Made by a program: the position numbers and the translations under genes. This document shows, in pieces, positions 38,401 to 53,000 of a stretch of DNA of 64,000 bases. Position 1 is the stretch's first letter, and each line of letters begins with the position of its first letter. Origin of the DNA: Eledone cirrhosa. Taxonomy: Eukaryota. The stretch spans positions 260,586,001 through 260,650,000 of the forward strand of contig OZ024741.1 in the NCBI GenBank assembly GCA_964016885.1, given 5' to 3'. Under the pieces are notes generated by a model, which saw only the letters and a program-made list of their open reading frames with translations, made no database searches and had not been told where the DNA came from.

Positions 38401-41400
38401 CGGGTGTTCTGACTTACGAGTGTTCCGACTTACGAGTGTTTCAGCTTATGAGTGTTTCGACTTACGAGTGCTTCGGTTTACGAGTGTTTCGACTTACGAG
38501 TGTTTCGGCTTACGAGTGTTTCGACTTACGAATGTTTTGGCTTACGAGTGTTTCGGCTTACGAGTGTTTCGGCTTATGAGTGTTTCGACTTACGTGTGTT
38601 TTGACTTATGGTGTTTCGGCTTACGAGTGTTTCGACATACGAGTGTTTTGACTTACGGGTGTTTCGACTTACGGGTGTTTCGACGTAAGAGTGTTTCGAC
38701 TTACGAGCGCTTCGACTTACGAGTGTTTCGACTTACGAGTGCTTTGCCTTACGAATGTTTTGAATTACTTCGACTTACGAGTGATCTGACTTACGAGTGT
38801 TCCTACTTACGAGTGTTTCGACTTACGAGTGTTTCGACTTGCGAGTGTTTCGACTTACGCGTGTTTCGACTTACGAGTATTCTGACTTACGAGTGTTCTG
38901 ATTTACGAGTGTTCTGACTTACGAGTGTTTCGACTTACGAGTGTTTCGACTTACGAGTGTTTTGACTTACGAATGTTCTGACTTACGGGTGTTTCGCCTT
39001 ACGAGTGTTTCGACTTACGAGTGTTTTAACTTACGGGTGTTTCGACTTACGCGTGTTTCGACTTACGAGTGTTTCGACTTACGAGTGTTTCGACTTACGA
39101 ATGTTCCGACTTAAGAGTGTTTCTACTTACGAGTGTTTCGGCTTACGAGTGTTTCGACTTACGCGTTTTTCGACTACGAATGTTCCGACTTACGAGTGTT
39201 TCGACTTACGAGTGTTTCGACATACGAGTGCTTTGACTTACGAATGTTTTGACTTACTTCGACTTACGAGTGATCTGACTTACGAGTGTTCCTACTTACG
39301 AGTGTTTCGACTTACGAGTGTTTCGACTTGCGAGTGTTTCGACTTACGAGTGTTTCTGCTTACGAGTGTTTCGGTGTTTCGGCTTACGTGTGTTTCGACT
39401 TACGAGTGTTTCGACTTACGAGTGTTTCGGCTTATGAGTGTTTCGACTTACGAGTGCTTCGGCTTACGAGTGTTTCGACTTACGAGTATTTCGGCTTACG
39501 AGTGTTTCGACGTACGAATGTTTTGGCTTACGAGTGTTTCGGCTTATGAGTGTTTCGGCTTACGAGTGTTTCGACTTACGAGTGTTTCGGCTTACGAGTG
39601 TTTTAGTGTTTCGGCTTACGTGTGTTTCGACTTACGAGTGTTTCGACTTACGACTGTTTCGGCTTACGAGTGTTTCGGCTTACGAGTGTTTCGGCTTACG
39701 AGTGTTTTGACTTACGAGTGTTTTGACTTACGATTGTTTGGCTTACGAGTGTTCTGACTTACGGGTGTTCTGACTTACGAGTGTTCCGACTTACGAGTGT
39801 TTCGGCTTATGAGGGTTTCGACTTACGAGTGCTTCGGCTTACGAGTGTTTCGACTTACGAGTGTTTCGGCTTACGAGTGTTTCGACTTACGAGTGTTTCG
39901 ACTTACGAGTGTTTTTACTTACGGTGTTTCGGCTTACGAGTGTTTCGACATACGAGTGTTTTGACGTACGGGTGTTTCGACTTACGGGTCTTTCGACTTA
40001 AGAGTGTTTCGACTTACGAGCGATTCGACTTACGAGTGTTTAGACTTACGAGTGTTTCGGCGTATGAGTGTTTTGACTTACGAGTGTTTCGACTTACGAG
40101 TGTTTCGACTTACGAGTGTTTCGACTTACGAGTGTTTTGACTTACGGTGTTTCGGCTTACGAGTGTTTCGACATACGAGTGTTTTGACGTACGGGTGTTT
40201 CGACTTACGGGTCTTTCGACTTAAGAGTGTTTCGACTTACGAGCGATTCGACTTACGAGTGTTTAGACTTACGAGTGTTTCGGCGTATGAGTGTTTTGAC
40301 TTACGAGTGTTTCGACTTACGAGTGTTTCGACTTACGAGTGTTTCGAATTACGAGTGTTTCGACTTACGAGTTTTTTGACTTACGAGTGTTTTGACTTAC
40401 GGTGTTTCTGCTTACGAGTGTTTCGACTTACGAGTGTTATGACTTACGAGTGTTTTGACATACGAGTGTTTCGACTTACGAGTGTTTTGACTTACGGGTG
40501 TTTTGACATACGAGTGTTTCGATACGAGTGTTCTGACTTACGAGTGTTCTGACTTACGAGTGTTCTGACTTACGAGTGTTTCGACATACGAGTGTTTTGA
40601 CTTACGGGTGTTTCGACTTACGAGTGTTTTGACTTGCGAATGTTTTGAATTACGGGTGTTTCGGCTTACGAGAGTTTTGACTTACGAGTGTTTCGACTTA
40701 CGAGTGTTTCGACTTACGAGTATTTTGACTTACGAATGTTTTGACTTACGGGTGTTTCGGCTTACGAGTGTTTCGACTTACTAATGTTTTTACTTACGAG
40801 TGTTTCGGCGTACGAATGTTTCGACTTCCGAGTGTTTCGACTTACGGGTGTTTTGACTTACGGGTGTTTTGACATACGAGTGTTTCGACTTACGAGTGTT
40901 TTGACTTACGGGTGTTTTGACATACGAGTGTTTCGATACGAGTGTTCTGACTTACGAGTGTTCTGACTTACGAGTGTTCTGACTTACGAGTGTTTCGACA
41001 TACGAGTGTTTTGACTTACGGGTGTTTCGACTTACGGGTGTTTTGACTTAAGGGTGTTTCGGCTTACGAGTGTTTCGACTTACGAGTGTTTTGACTTAAG
41101 GGTGTTTCGACTTACGAGTATTTTTGGCTTACGAGTGTTTCGACTTACGAGTGTTTTGACTTACGAGTGTTCTGATTTACGGATGTTTCGACATACGAGT
41201 GTTTCGACTTACGAGTGTTTCGACTTATGAGTGTTTCGACTTACGAGTGTTTCGACTTACGAGTGTTTCGGCTTATGATTGTTTCGACTTACGAGTGTTT
41301 TGAGTTACGGTGTTTCAGCTTACGAGTGTTTCGACTTACGAGTGTTTTGACTTACGGGTGTTTTGACATACGAGTGTTTCGATACGAGTGTTCTGACTTA

Positions 41401-44400
41401 CGAGTGTTCTGACTTACGAGTGTTTTGACTTACGAGTGTTCTGACTTACGAGTGTTCCGACTTACGAGTGTTCCGACTTACGAGTGTTTCGGCTTACGAG
41501 TGTTTCCGGCTTACGAGTGTTTCGACTTACGAGTGTTTTGACTTACGGTGTTTCGGCTTACGAGTCATTCAACTTACGAGTGTTTTGACTTACGGGTGTT
41601 TTGACTTACGGGTGTTGTGAATTACGAGTGTTCCGATTTACGAGTGTTTTGACTTACGGTGTTTCGGCTTACGAGTGATTCGACTTACGAATGTTTTGAC
41701 TTACGGGTGTTTCGGCTTGCGAGTGTTTCGACTTACGAGTGTTTCGGCTTATGAGTGTTTCGACTTACTAATGTTTTTACATACGAGTGTTCTGACTTAC
41801 GAGGGTTCCGACTTAAGAGTGTTCCGACTTACGAGTGTTTCGGCTTACGAGTGTTTCCGGCTTACGAGTGTTTCGACTTACGAGTGTTTCGACTTACGAG
41901 TGTTTTGACTTACGGTGTTTCGACTTACGAGTGATTCGACTTACGAGTGTTTTGACTTACGGTGTTTTGACTTACGGGTGTTGTGAATTACGAGTGTTCC
42001 GATTTACGAGTATTTTGACTTACGGTGTTTCGGCTAACGAGTGATTCGACTTACGAATGTTTTGACTTACGGGTGTTTCGGCTTACGAGTGTTTCGACTT
42101 ACGAGTGTTTCGGCTTGCGAGTGTTTCGACTTACTAATGTTTTTACTTACGAGTTTTTCGGCGTACGAGTGTTTCGACTTACGAGTGTTTCGACTTACGG
42201 GTGTTTTGACTTAAGGGTGTTTCGACTTACAAGTGTTTCGACTTACGAGTGTTTCGACTTACGAGTGTTCTGACTTACGAGTGTTCTGATTTACAGATGT
42301 TTCGACATACGAGTGTTTCGACTTACGAGTGTTTCGACTTACGAGTGTTTTGACTTACGGGTGTTTTGACATACGAGTGTTTCGATACGAGTGTTTCGAC
42401 TTACGAGTGTTCTGACTTACGAGTGTTCTGACTTACGAGTGTTCTGACTTACGAGTGTTCTGATTTACGAGTGTTCCGACTTACGAGTGTTTTGACTTAC
42501 GAATGTTTTGACTTAAGGGTGTTTCGGCTTACGAGTGTTTCGACTTACTAATGTTTTTACTTACGAGCGTTTCGGCGTACGAGTGTTTCGACTTCCGAGT
42601 GTTTCGACTTACGGGTGTTTTGACTTACGGGTGTTTCGGCTTACGAGTGTTTTGACTTACGAGTGTTTTGACTTAAGGGTGTTTCGACTTACGAGTATTT
42701 TTGGCTTACGAGTGTTTTGACTTACGAGTGTTTTGACTTACGAGTGTTCTGATTTACGGATTTTTCGACATACGAGTGTTTCGACTTACGAGTGTTTCGG
42801 CTTATGATTGTTTCGACTTACGAGTGTTTTGACTTACGGTGTTTCAGCTTACGAGTGTTTTGACTTACGGGTGTTTTGACATACGAGTGTTTCGATACGA
42901 GTGTTCTGACTTACGAGTGTTCTGACTTACGAGTGTTTTGACTTACGAGTGTTCTGACTTACGAGTGTTCCGACTTACGAGTGTTCCGACTTACGAGTGT
43001 TTCGGCTTACGAGTGTTTCCGGCTTACGAGTGTTTCGACTTACGAGTGTTTTGACTTACGGTGTTTCGGCTTACGAGTGATTCAACTTACGAGTGTTTTG
43101 ACTTACGGGTGTTTTGACTTACGGGTGTTGTGAATTACGAGTGTTTCGGTTTACGAGTGTTTCGACATACGAGTGTTTTGACTTACGGGTGTTTCGACTT
43201 ACGGGTGTTTCGACTTACGAGTGTTTCGGCTTACGAGTGTTTCGAATTACTAATGTTTTTACTTACGAGTGTTTCGGTGTACGAGTGTTTCGACTTAAGG
43301 ATGTTTCGACTTGCGAGTGTTTCGACTTACGTGTGTTTCGGCTTACGTGAGTTTCGACTTAAGAGTGTTCTGATTTACGAGTGTTCTGACTTGCGGGTGT
43401 TCTGATTTACGAGTGTTCCGACTTACGAGTGTTTCGGCTTATGAGTGTTTCGACTTACGAGTGTTTCGGCTTACGAGTGTTTCGACTTATGGGTGTTTCG
43501 ACTTACGAGTGTTTTTACTTACGGTGTTTCGGCTTACGAGTGTTTCGACATACGAGTGTTCAGACTTACGAGTGTTCCGACTTACGAGCGTTCCGACTTA
43601 CAAGTGTTTCGATTACGAGTGTTAAGACTTACGGGTGTTTTGACATACGAGTGTTTCGATACGTGTGTTTCGACTTACGAGTGTTACGAGTGTTCTGACT
43701 TACGAGTGTTCTGACTTACGAGTGTTCTGACTTACGAGTGTTCTGACTTACGAGCGTTCTGACTTACGAGTGTTCCGACTTACGAGTGTTTCGGCTTACG
43801 AGTGTTTCGACTTACGAGTGTTCTGACTTACGAGTGTTCCGACTTACGAGCGTTCCGACTTACGAGTGTTTCGGCTTACAAGTGTTCCGACTTACGAGTG
43901 TTTCGACTTACGAGTGTTTTGACTTACGGTGTTTCTGCTTACGAGTGTTTCGACTTACGAGTGTTAAGACTTACGGGTGTTTTGACATACGAGTGTTTCG
44001 ATACGAGTGTTTCGACTTACGAGTGTTACGAGTGTTCTGACTTACGAGTGTTTCGACTTACGATTGTTTTTTTCACTTACGGGTGTTTCGACTTACGCGT
44101 GTTTCGACTTAAGGATGTTTCGACTTGCGAGTGTTTCTACTTACGTGTGTTTCGGCTTACGTGAGTTTCGACTTAAGAGTGTTCTGATTTACGAGTGTTC
44201 TGACTTGCGGGTGTTCTGATTTACGAGTGTTCCGACTTACGAGTGTTTCGACTTACGAGTGTTTCGACTTACGGGTGTTCCGACTAACGAGTGTTTCGGC
44301 TTACGATTGTTTCGACTTACGAGTGTTTCGGTTTACGAGTGTTTCGACTTACGGGTGTTTTGACTTACGATTGTTTGGGCTTACGAATGTTTCGACTTAC

Positions 44401-46947
44401 GAGTGTTTCGACTTACGAGTGTTTTGACTTACGGTGTTTCGGCTTACGAGTGTTTTGACTTACGAGTGTTTTGACTTACGGGTGTTTTGACATACGAGTG
44501 TTTCGATACGAGTGTTCTGACTTACGAGTGTTCTGACTTACGAGTGTTCTGACTTACGAGTGGTCTGACTTACGGGTGTTCTGACTTACGAGTGTTCCGA
44601 CTTACGAGTGTTTCAGCTTATGAGTGTTTCGACTTACGAGTGCTTCGGTTTACGAGTGTTTCGACTTACGAGTGTTTCGGCTTACGAGTGTTTCGACTTA
44701 CGAGTGTTTCTGCTTACGAGTGTTTCGACTTACTAATGTTTTTAAAACGAGTGTTTCGGCGTACGAGAGTTTTGACTTACGAGTGTTTCGACTTACGAGT
44801 GTTTCGACTTACGAGTATTTTGACTTACGAATGTTTTGACTTACGGGTGTTTCGGCTTACGAGTGTTTCGACTTACTAATGTTTTTACTTACGAGTGTTT
44901 CGGCGTACGAATGTTTCGACTTCCGAGTGTTTCGACTTACGGGTGTTTTGACTTACGGGTGTTTCGGCTTACGAGTGTTTTGACTTACGAGTGTTTTGAC
45001 TTAAGGGTGTTTCGACTTACGAGTATTTTTGGCTTACGAGTGTTTCGACTTACGAGTGTTTTGACTTACGAGTGTTCTGATTTACGGATTTTTCGACATA
45101 CGAGTGTTTCGACTTACGAGTGTTTCGACTTATGAGTGTTTCGACTTACGAGTGTTTCGACTTACGAGTGTTTCGGCTTATGATTGTTTCGACTTACGAG
45201 TGTTTTGACTTACGGTGTTTCAGCTTACGAGTGTTTCGACTTACGAGTGTTTTGACTTACGGGTGTTTTGACATACGAGTGTTTCGATACGAGTGTTCTG
45301 ACTTACGAGTGTTCTGACTTACGAGTGTTTTGACTTACGAGTGTTCTGACTTACGAGTGTTCCGACTTACGAGTGTTCCGACTTACGAGTGTTTCGGCTT
45401 ACGAGTGTTTCCGGCTTACGAGTGTTTCGACTTACGAGTGTTTTGACTTACGGTGTTTCGGCTTACGAGTCATTCAACTTACGAGTGTTTTGACTTACGG
45501 GTGTTTTGACTTACGGGTGTTGTGAATTACGAGTGTTCCGATTTACGAGTGTTTTGACTTACGGTGTTTCGGCTTACGAGTGATTCGACTTACGAATGTT
45601 TTGACTTACGGGTGTTTCGGCTTGCGAGTGTTTCGACTTACGAGTGTTTCGGCTTATGAGTGTTTCGACTTACTAATGTTTTTACATACGAGTGTTCTGA
45701 CTTACGAGGGTTCCGACTTAAGAGTGTTCCGACTTACGAGTGTTTCGGCTTACGAGTGTTTCCGGCTTACGAGTGTTTCGACTTACGAGTGTTTCGACTT
45801 ACGAGTGTTTTGACTTACGGTGTTTCGACTTACGAGTGATTCGACTTACGAGTGTTTTGACTTACGGGTGTTTTGACTTACGGGTGTTGTGAATTACGAG
45901 TGTTCCGATTTACGAGTGTTTTGACTTACGGTGTTTCGGCTAACGAGTGATTCGACTTGCGAATGTTTTGACTTACGGGTGTTTCGGCTTACGAGTGTTT
46001 CGACTTACGAGTGTTTCGGCTTGCGAGTGTTTCGACTTACTAATGTTTTTACTTACGAGTTTTTCGGCGTACGAGTGTTTCGACTTACGAGTGTTTCGAC
46101 TTACGGGTGTTTTGACTTAAGGGTGTTTCGACTTACAAGTGTTTCGACTTACGAGTGTTTCGACTTACGAGTGTTCTGACTTACGAGTGTTCTGATTTAC
46201 AGATGTTTCGACATACGAGTGTTTCGACTTACGAGTGTTTCGACTTACGAGTGTTTTGACTTACGGGTGTTTTGACATACGAGTGTTTCGATACGAGTGT
46301 TTCGACTTACGAGTGTTCTGACTTACGAGTGTTCTGACTTACGAGTGTTCTGACTTACGAGTGTTCTGATTTACGAGTGTTCCGACTTACGAGTGTTTCG
46401 GCTTACGAGTGTTTCGGCTTACGAGTGTTTCGACTTACGAGTGTTTCGACTTACGAGTGTTCCGACTTACGGGTGTTTCGACTTACGAGTGTTTTGACTT
46501 ACGGTGTTTCGGCTTACGAGTGTTTCGACTTACGAGTATTTTGACTTACGGGTGTTTTGACATACGAGTGTTTCGATACGAGTGTTCTGACTTACGAGTG
46601 TTCTGACTTACGAGTGTTCTGACTTACGAGTGTTCTGATTTACGAGTGTTCCGACTTACGAGTGTTTCGGCTTACGAGTGTTTCGGCTTACGAGTGTTTC
46701 GACTTACGAGTGTTTCGACTTACGAGTGTTCCGACTTACGGGTGTTTCGACTTACGAGTGGTTTGGCTTACGGTGTTTCGGCTTACGAGTGTTTCGAGTT
46801 ACGAGTGTTTTGACTTACGCGTGTTTTGACATACGAGTGTTTCGATACGAGTGTTCTGACTTACGAGTGTTCTGACTTACGAGTGTTCCGACTTTACGTG
46901 TGTTTCGGCTCACGAGTGTTTCGGCTTACGAGTGTTTCGACTTACGA

Positions 46948-47016
46948 AAATAACAAATAGACGCGGTTTCAAATCTCTATGATTTTCAAATTCATTACAT
47001 TAATCTTTATTTATAC
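46948..47016. repeat. 69-bp AT-rich island, copy 7 (type B)
   Basis: Identical to copy 2, with the same flanking rare monomers (CCGACTTTACG, GGCTCACG, GACTTCCGAATGTTTTTGC). Confidence 0.95.
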
Positions 47017-50000
47017 GTTTCGCTTTACGAGTGTTTCGACTTACGAGTGTTTCGACATACGAGTGTTTCGACTTCCGAATGTTTTTGCTTACGGGTGTTT
47101 CGACTTACGAATGTTTCGGCTTACGAGTGTTTCGGCTTACGAGTGTTCCGACTAGGAGTGTTTCGGCTTACGAGTGTTTCCGGCTTACGAGTGTTTCGAC
47201 TTACGAGTGTTTCGACTTTCGAGTGTTTTGACTTATGGTGTTTCGGCTTACGAGTGATTCGACTTACGAGTGTTTTGACTTACGGGTGTTTTGACTTACG
47301 GGTGTTGTGAATTACCAGTGTTCCGATTTACGAGTATTTTGACTTACGGTGTTTCGGCTTGCGAGTGTTTCGACTCACGAGTGTTTCGGCTTATGAGTGT
47401 TTCGACTTACTAATGTTTTTACTTACGAGTGTTTCGGCGTTCGAGTGTTTTGCCTTACGAGTGTTTCGACTTAAGAGTGTTTTGATTTACGAATGTTTTG
47501 ACTTACGGGTGTTTCGGCTTATGAGTGTTTCGACTTACGAGTGTTTCGACTTATGAGTGTTTCGACTTACGAGTGTTCTGACTTACGAGTGTTCTGACTT
47601 ACGAATGTTCCGACTTACGAGTGTTTCGGTTTACGAGTGTTTCGACATACGAGTGTTTTGACTTACGGGTGTTTCGACTTACGGGTGTTTCGAATTACGA
47701 GTGTTTCGGCTTACGAGTGTTTCGACTTACTAATGTTTTTACTTACGAGTGTTTCGGTGTACGAATGTTTTGACTTAAGGATGTTTCGACTTACGAGTGT
47801 TTCGACTTACGAGTGTTTCGGCTTACGTGAGTTTCGACTTAAGAGTGTTCTGATTTACGAGTGTTCTGACTTGCCGGTGTTCTGATTTACGAGTGTTCCG
47901 ACTTACGAGTGTTTCGGCTTATGAGTGTTTCGACTTACGAGTGTTTCGGCTTACGAGTGTTTCGACTTATGGGTGTTTCGATTTACGAGTGTTTTTACTT
48001 ACGGTGTTTCGGCTTACGAGTGTTTCGACATACGAGTGTTTTGACTTACGGGTGTTTCGACTTACGAGTGTTTTGACTTACGAATGTTTTGACTTACGGG
48101 TGTTTCGGCGTACGAGTGTTTCGACTTACGAGTGTTTCGGCTTACGAGTGTTTCGACTTACTAATGTTTTTACTTACGAGTGTTTCGGCGTACGAGAGTT
48201 TTGACTTACGAGTGTTTCGACTTACGAGTGTTTTGACTTACGAATGTTTTGACTTACGAGTCTTTCGGCTTACGAGTGTTTCGACTTACTAATGTTTTTA
48301 CTTACGAGTGTTTCGGCGTACGAGTGTTTCGACTTACGAGTGTTTCGACTTACGGGTGTTTTGACTTAAGGGTGTTTCGGCTTACGAGTGTTTCGACTTA
48401 CGAGTGTTTTGACTTAAGGGTGTTTCGACTTACGAGTATTTTTGGCTTACGAGTGTTTCGACTTACGAGTGTTTTGACTTATGGTGTTTCGGCTTACGAG
48501 TGTTTCGACTTACGAGTGTTTTGACTTACGGGTGTTTTGACATACGAGTGTTTCGATACGAGTGTTCTGACTTACGAGTGTTCTGACTTACGAGTGTTTT
48601 GACTTACGAGTGTTTCGACATACGAGTGTTTTGACTTACGGGTGTTTCGACTTACGAGTGTTTTGACTTACGAATGTTTTGACTTACGGGTGTTTCGGCT
48701 TACGAGTGTTTCGACTTACTAATGTTTTTAAAACGAGTGTTTCGGCGTACGAGAGTTTTGAATTACGAGTGTTTCGACTTACGAGTGTTTCGACTTACGA
48801 GTATTTTGACTTACGAATGTTTTGACTTACGTGTGTTTCGGCTTACGAGTGTTTCGACTTACTAATGTTTTTACTTACGAGTGTTTCGGCGTACGAATGT
48901 TTCGACTTCCGAGTGTTTCGACTTACGGGTGTTTTGACTTATGGGTGTTTCGGCTTACGAGTGTTTTGACTTACGAGTGTTTTGACTTAAGGGTGTTTCG
49001 ACTTACGAGTATTTTTGGCTTACGAGTGTTTCGACTTACGAGTGTTTTGACTTACGAGTGTTCTGATTTACGGATGTTTCGACATACGAGTGTTTCGACT
49101 TACGAGTGTTGCGACTTATGAGTGTTTCGACTTACGAGTGTTTCGACTTACGAGTGTTTCGGCTTATGATTGTTTCGACTTACGAGTGCTTCGGTTTACG
49201 AGTGTTTCGACTTACGAGTGTTTCGGCTTACGAGTGTTTCGACTTACGAATGTTTTGGCTTACGAGTGTTTCGGCTTACGAGTGTTTCGGCTTATGAGTG
49301 TTTCGACTTACGTGTGTTTTGACTTATGGTGTTTCGGCTTACGAGTGTTTCGACATACGAGTGTTTTGACTTACGGGTGTTTCGACTTACGGGTGTTTCG
49401 ACGTAAGAGTGTTTCGACTTACGAGCGCTTCGACTTACGAGTGTTTCGACTTACGAGTGCTTTGCCTTACGAATGTTTTGAATTACTTCGACTTACGAGT
49501 GATCTGACTTACGAGTGTTCCTACTTACGAGTGTTTCGACTTACGAGTGTTTCGACTTGCGAGTGTTTCGACTTACGCGTGTTTCGACTTACGAGTATTC
49601 TGACTTACGAGTGTTCTGATTTACGAGTGTTCTGACTTACGAGTGTTTCGACTTACGAGTGTTTCGACTTACGAGTGTTTTGACTTACGAATGTTCTGAC
49701 TTACGGGTGTTTCGCCTTACGAGTGTTTCGACTTACGAGTGTTTTAACTTACGGGTGTTTCGACTTACGCGTGTTTCGACTTACGAGTGTTTCGACTTAC
49801 GAGTGTTTCGACTTACGAATGTTCCGACTTAAGAGTGTTTCTACTTACGAGTGTTTCGGCTTACGAGTGTTTCGACTTACGCGTTTTTCGACTACGAATG
49901 TTCCGACTTACGAGTGTTTCGACTTACGAGTGTTTCGACATACGAGTGCTTTGCTTTACGAATGTTTTGAATTACTTCGACTTACGAGTGATCTGACTTA

Positions 50001-53000
50001 CGAGTGTTCCTACTTACGAGTGTTTCGACTTACGAGTGTTTCGACTTGCGAGTGTTTCGACTTACGAGTGTTTCGACTTACGAGTATTCTGACTTACGAG
50101 TGTTCTGATTTACGAGTGTTCTGACTTACGAGTGTTTCGACTTACGAGTGTTTCGACTTACGAGTGTTTTGACTTACGAATGTTCTGACTTACGGGTGTT
50201 TCGCCTTACGAATGTTTCGACTTACGAGTGTTTTAACTTACGGGTGTTTCGACTTACGCGTGTTTCGACTTACGAGTGTTTCGACTTACGAGTGTTTCGA
50301 CTTACGAATGTTCCGACTTACGAGTGTTTCTACTTACGAGTGTTTCGGCTTACGAGTGTTTTGACTTACGGTGTTTCTGCTTACGAGTGTTTCGATTTAC
50401 GAGTGTTAAGACTTACGGGTGTTTTGACATACGAGTGTTTCGATACGAGTGTTTCGACTTACGAGTGTTACGAGTGTTCTGACTTACGAGTGTTTCGACT
50501 TACGATTGTTTTTTTCACTTACGGGTGTTTCGACTTACGCGTGTTTCGACTTAAGGATGTTTAGACTTGCGAGTGTTTCGACTTACGTGTGTTTCGGCTT
50601 ACGTGAGTTTCGACTTAAGAGTGTTCTGATTTACGAGTGTTCTGACTTGCGGGTGTTCTGATTTACGAGTGTTCCGACTTACGAGTGTTTCGACTTACGA
50701 GTGTTTCGACTTACGGGTGTTCCGACTTACGAGTGTTTCGGCTTACGATTGATTCGACTTACGAGTGTTTCGGTTTACGAGTGTTTCGACTTACGGGTGT
50801 TTTGACTTACGATTGTTTGGGCTTACGAATGTTTCGACTTACGAGTGTTTCGACTTACGAGTGTTTTGACTTACGGTGTTTCGGCTTACGAGTGTTTTGA
50901 CTTACGAGTGTTTTGACTTACGGGTGTTTTGACATACGAGTGTTTCGATACGAGTGTTCTGACTTACGAGTGTTCTGACTTACGAGTGTTCTGACTTACG
51001 AGTATTCTGACTTACGAGTGGTCTGACTTACGGGTGTTCTGACTTACGAGTGTTCCGACTTACGAGTGTTTCAGCTTATGAGTGTTTCGACTTACGAGTG
51101 CTTCGGTTTACGAGTGTTTCGACTTACGAGTGTTTCGGCTTACGAGTGTTTCGACTTACGAATGTTTTGGCTTACGAGTGTTTCGGCTTACGAGTGTTTC
51201 GGTTTATGAGTGTTTCGACTTACGTGTGTTTTGACTAATGGTGTTTCGGCTTACGAGTGTTTCGACATACGAGTGTTTTGACTTACGGGTGTTTCGACTT
51301 ACGGGTGTTTCGACGTAAGAGTGTTTCGACTTACGAGCGCTTCGACTTACGAGTGTTTCGACTTACGAGTGCTTTGCCTTACGAATGTTTTGAATTACTT
51401 CGACTTACGAGTGATCTGACTTACGAGTGTTCCTACTTACGAGTGTTTCGACTTACGAGTGTTTCGACTTGCGAGTGTTTCGACTTACGCGTGTTTCGAC
51501 TTACGAGTATTCTGACTTACGAGTGTTCTGATTTACGAGTGTTCTGACTTACGAGTGTTTCGACTTACGAGTGTTTCGACTTACGAGTGTTTTGACTTAC
51601 GAATGTTCTGACTTACGGGTGTTTCGCCTTACGAGTGTTTCGACTTACGAGTGTTTTAACTTACGGGTGTTTCGACTTACGCATGTTTCGACTTACGAGT
51701 GTTTCGACTTACGAGTGTTTCGACTTACGAATGTTCCGACTTAAGAGTGTTTCTACTTACGAGTGTTTCGGCTTACGAGTGTTTCGACTTACGCGTTTTT
51801 CGACTACGAATGTTCCGACTTACGAGTGTTTCGACTTACGAGTGTTTCGACATACGAGTGCTTTGACTTACGAATGTTTTGACTTACTTCGACTTACGAG
51901 TGATCTGACTTACGAGTGTTCCTACTTACGAGTGTTTCGACTTACGAGTGTTTCGACTTGCGAGTGTTTCGACTTACGAGTGTTTCTGCTTACGAGTGTT
52001 TCGGTGTTTCGGCTTACGTGTGTTTCGACTTACGAGTGTTTCGACTTACGAGTGTTTCGGCTTATGAGTGTTTCGACTTACGAGTGCTTCGGCTTACGAG
52101 TGTTTCGACTTACGAGTATTTCGGCTTACGAGTGTTTCGACGTACGAATGTTTTGGCTTACGAGTGTTTCGGCTTATGAGTGTTTCGGCTTACGAGTGTT
52201 TCGACTTACGAGTGTTTCGGCTTACGAGTGTTTTAGTGTTTCGGCTTACGTGTGTTTCGACTTACGAGTGTTTCGACTTACGACTGTTTCGGCTTACGAG
52301 TGTTTCGGCTTACGAGTGTTTCGGCTTACGAGTGTTTTGACTTACGAGTGTTTTGACTTACGATTGTTTGGCTTACGAGTGTTCTGACTTACGGGTGTTC
52401 TGACTTACGAGAGTTCCGACTTACGAGTGTTTCGGCTTATGAGGGTTTCGACTTACGAGTGCTTCGGCTTACGAGTGTTTCGACTTACGAGTGTTTCGGC
52501 TTACGAGTGTTTCGACTTACGAGTGTTTCGACTTACGAGTGTTTTTACTTACGGTGTTTCGGCTTACGAGTGTTTCGACATACGAGTGTTTTGACGTACG
52601 GGTGTTTCGACTTACGGGTCTTTCGACTTAAGAGTGTTTCGACTTACGAGCGATTCGACTTACGAGTGTTTAGACTTACGAGTGTTTCGGCGTATGAGTG
52701 TTTTGACTTACGAGTGTTTCGACTTACGAGTGTTTCGACTTACGAGTGTTTCGACTTACGAGTGTTTTGACTTACGGTGTTTCGGCTTACGAGTGTTTCG
52801 ACATACGAGTGTTTTGACGTACGGGTGTTTCGACTTACGGGTCTTTCGACTTAAGAGTGTTTCGACTTACGAGCGATTCGACTTACGAGTGTTTAGACTT
52901 ACGAGTGTTTCGGCGTATGAGTGTTTTGACTTACGAGTGTTTCGACTTACGAGTGTTTCGACTTACGAGTGTTTTGACTTACGGTGTTTCTGCTTACGAG

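Larger units (their letters stand above)
21900..43750 (+). repeat. ~10.9-kb tandem duplication (unit 1 ~21900-32800, unit 2 ~32800-43750)
   Basis: ORF-track offsets are 10,877 from 21968/32845 to 25030/35907, then 10,941 from 25567/36508 to 32504/43445. The 64-bp change is a 4-monomer deletion near 25370. Shared private markers are TTTCAAC (~22396/33273), TTAATCG (22691/33568) and TCTCAC (24131/35008). Confidence 0.93.

Noticed and set aside
21900-43750. 10.9-kb duplication as a pure assembly artefact
   Set aside because: The copies differ by a clean 64-bp indel and several substitutions (e.g. 28942 A vs 39883 C, 30305 T vs 41246 A, and private changes near 37622, 40373 and 40636), which favours real paralogues. 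Read-level confirmation is still needed.
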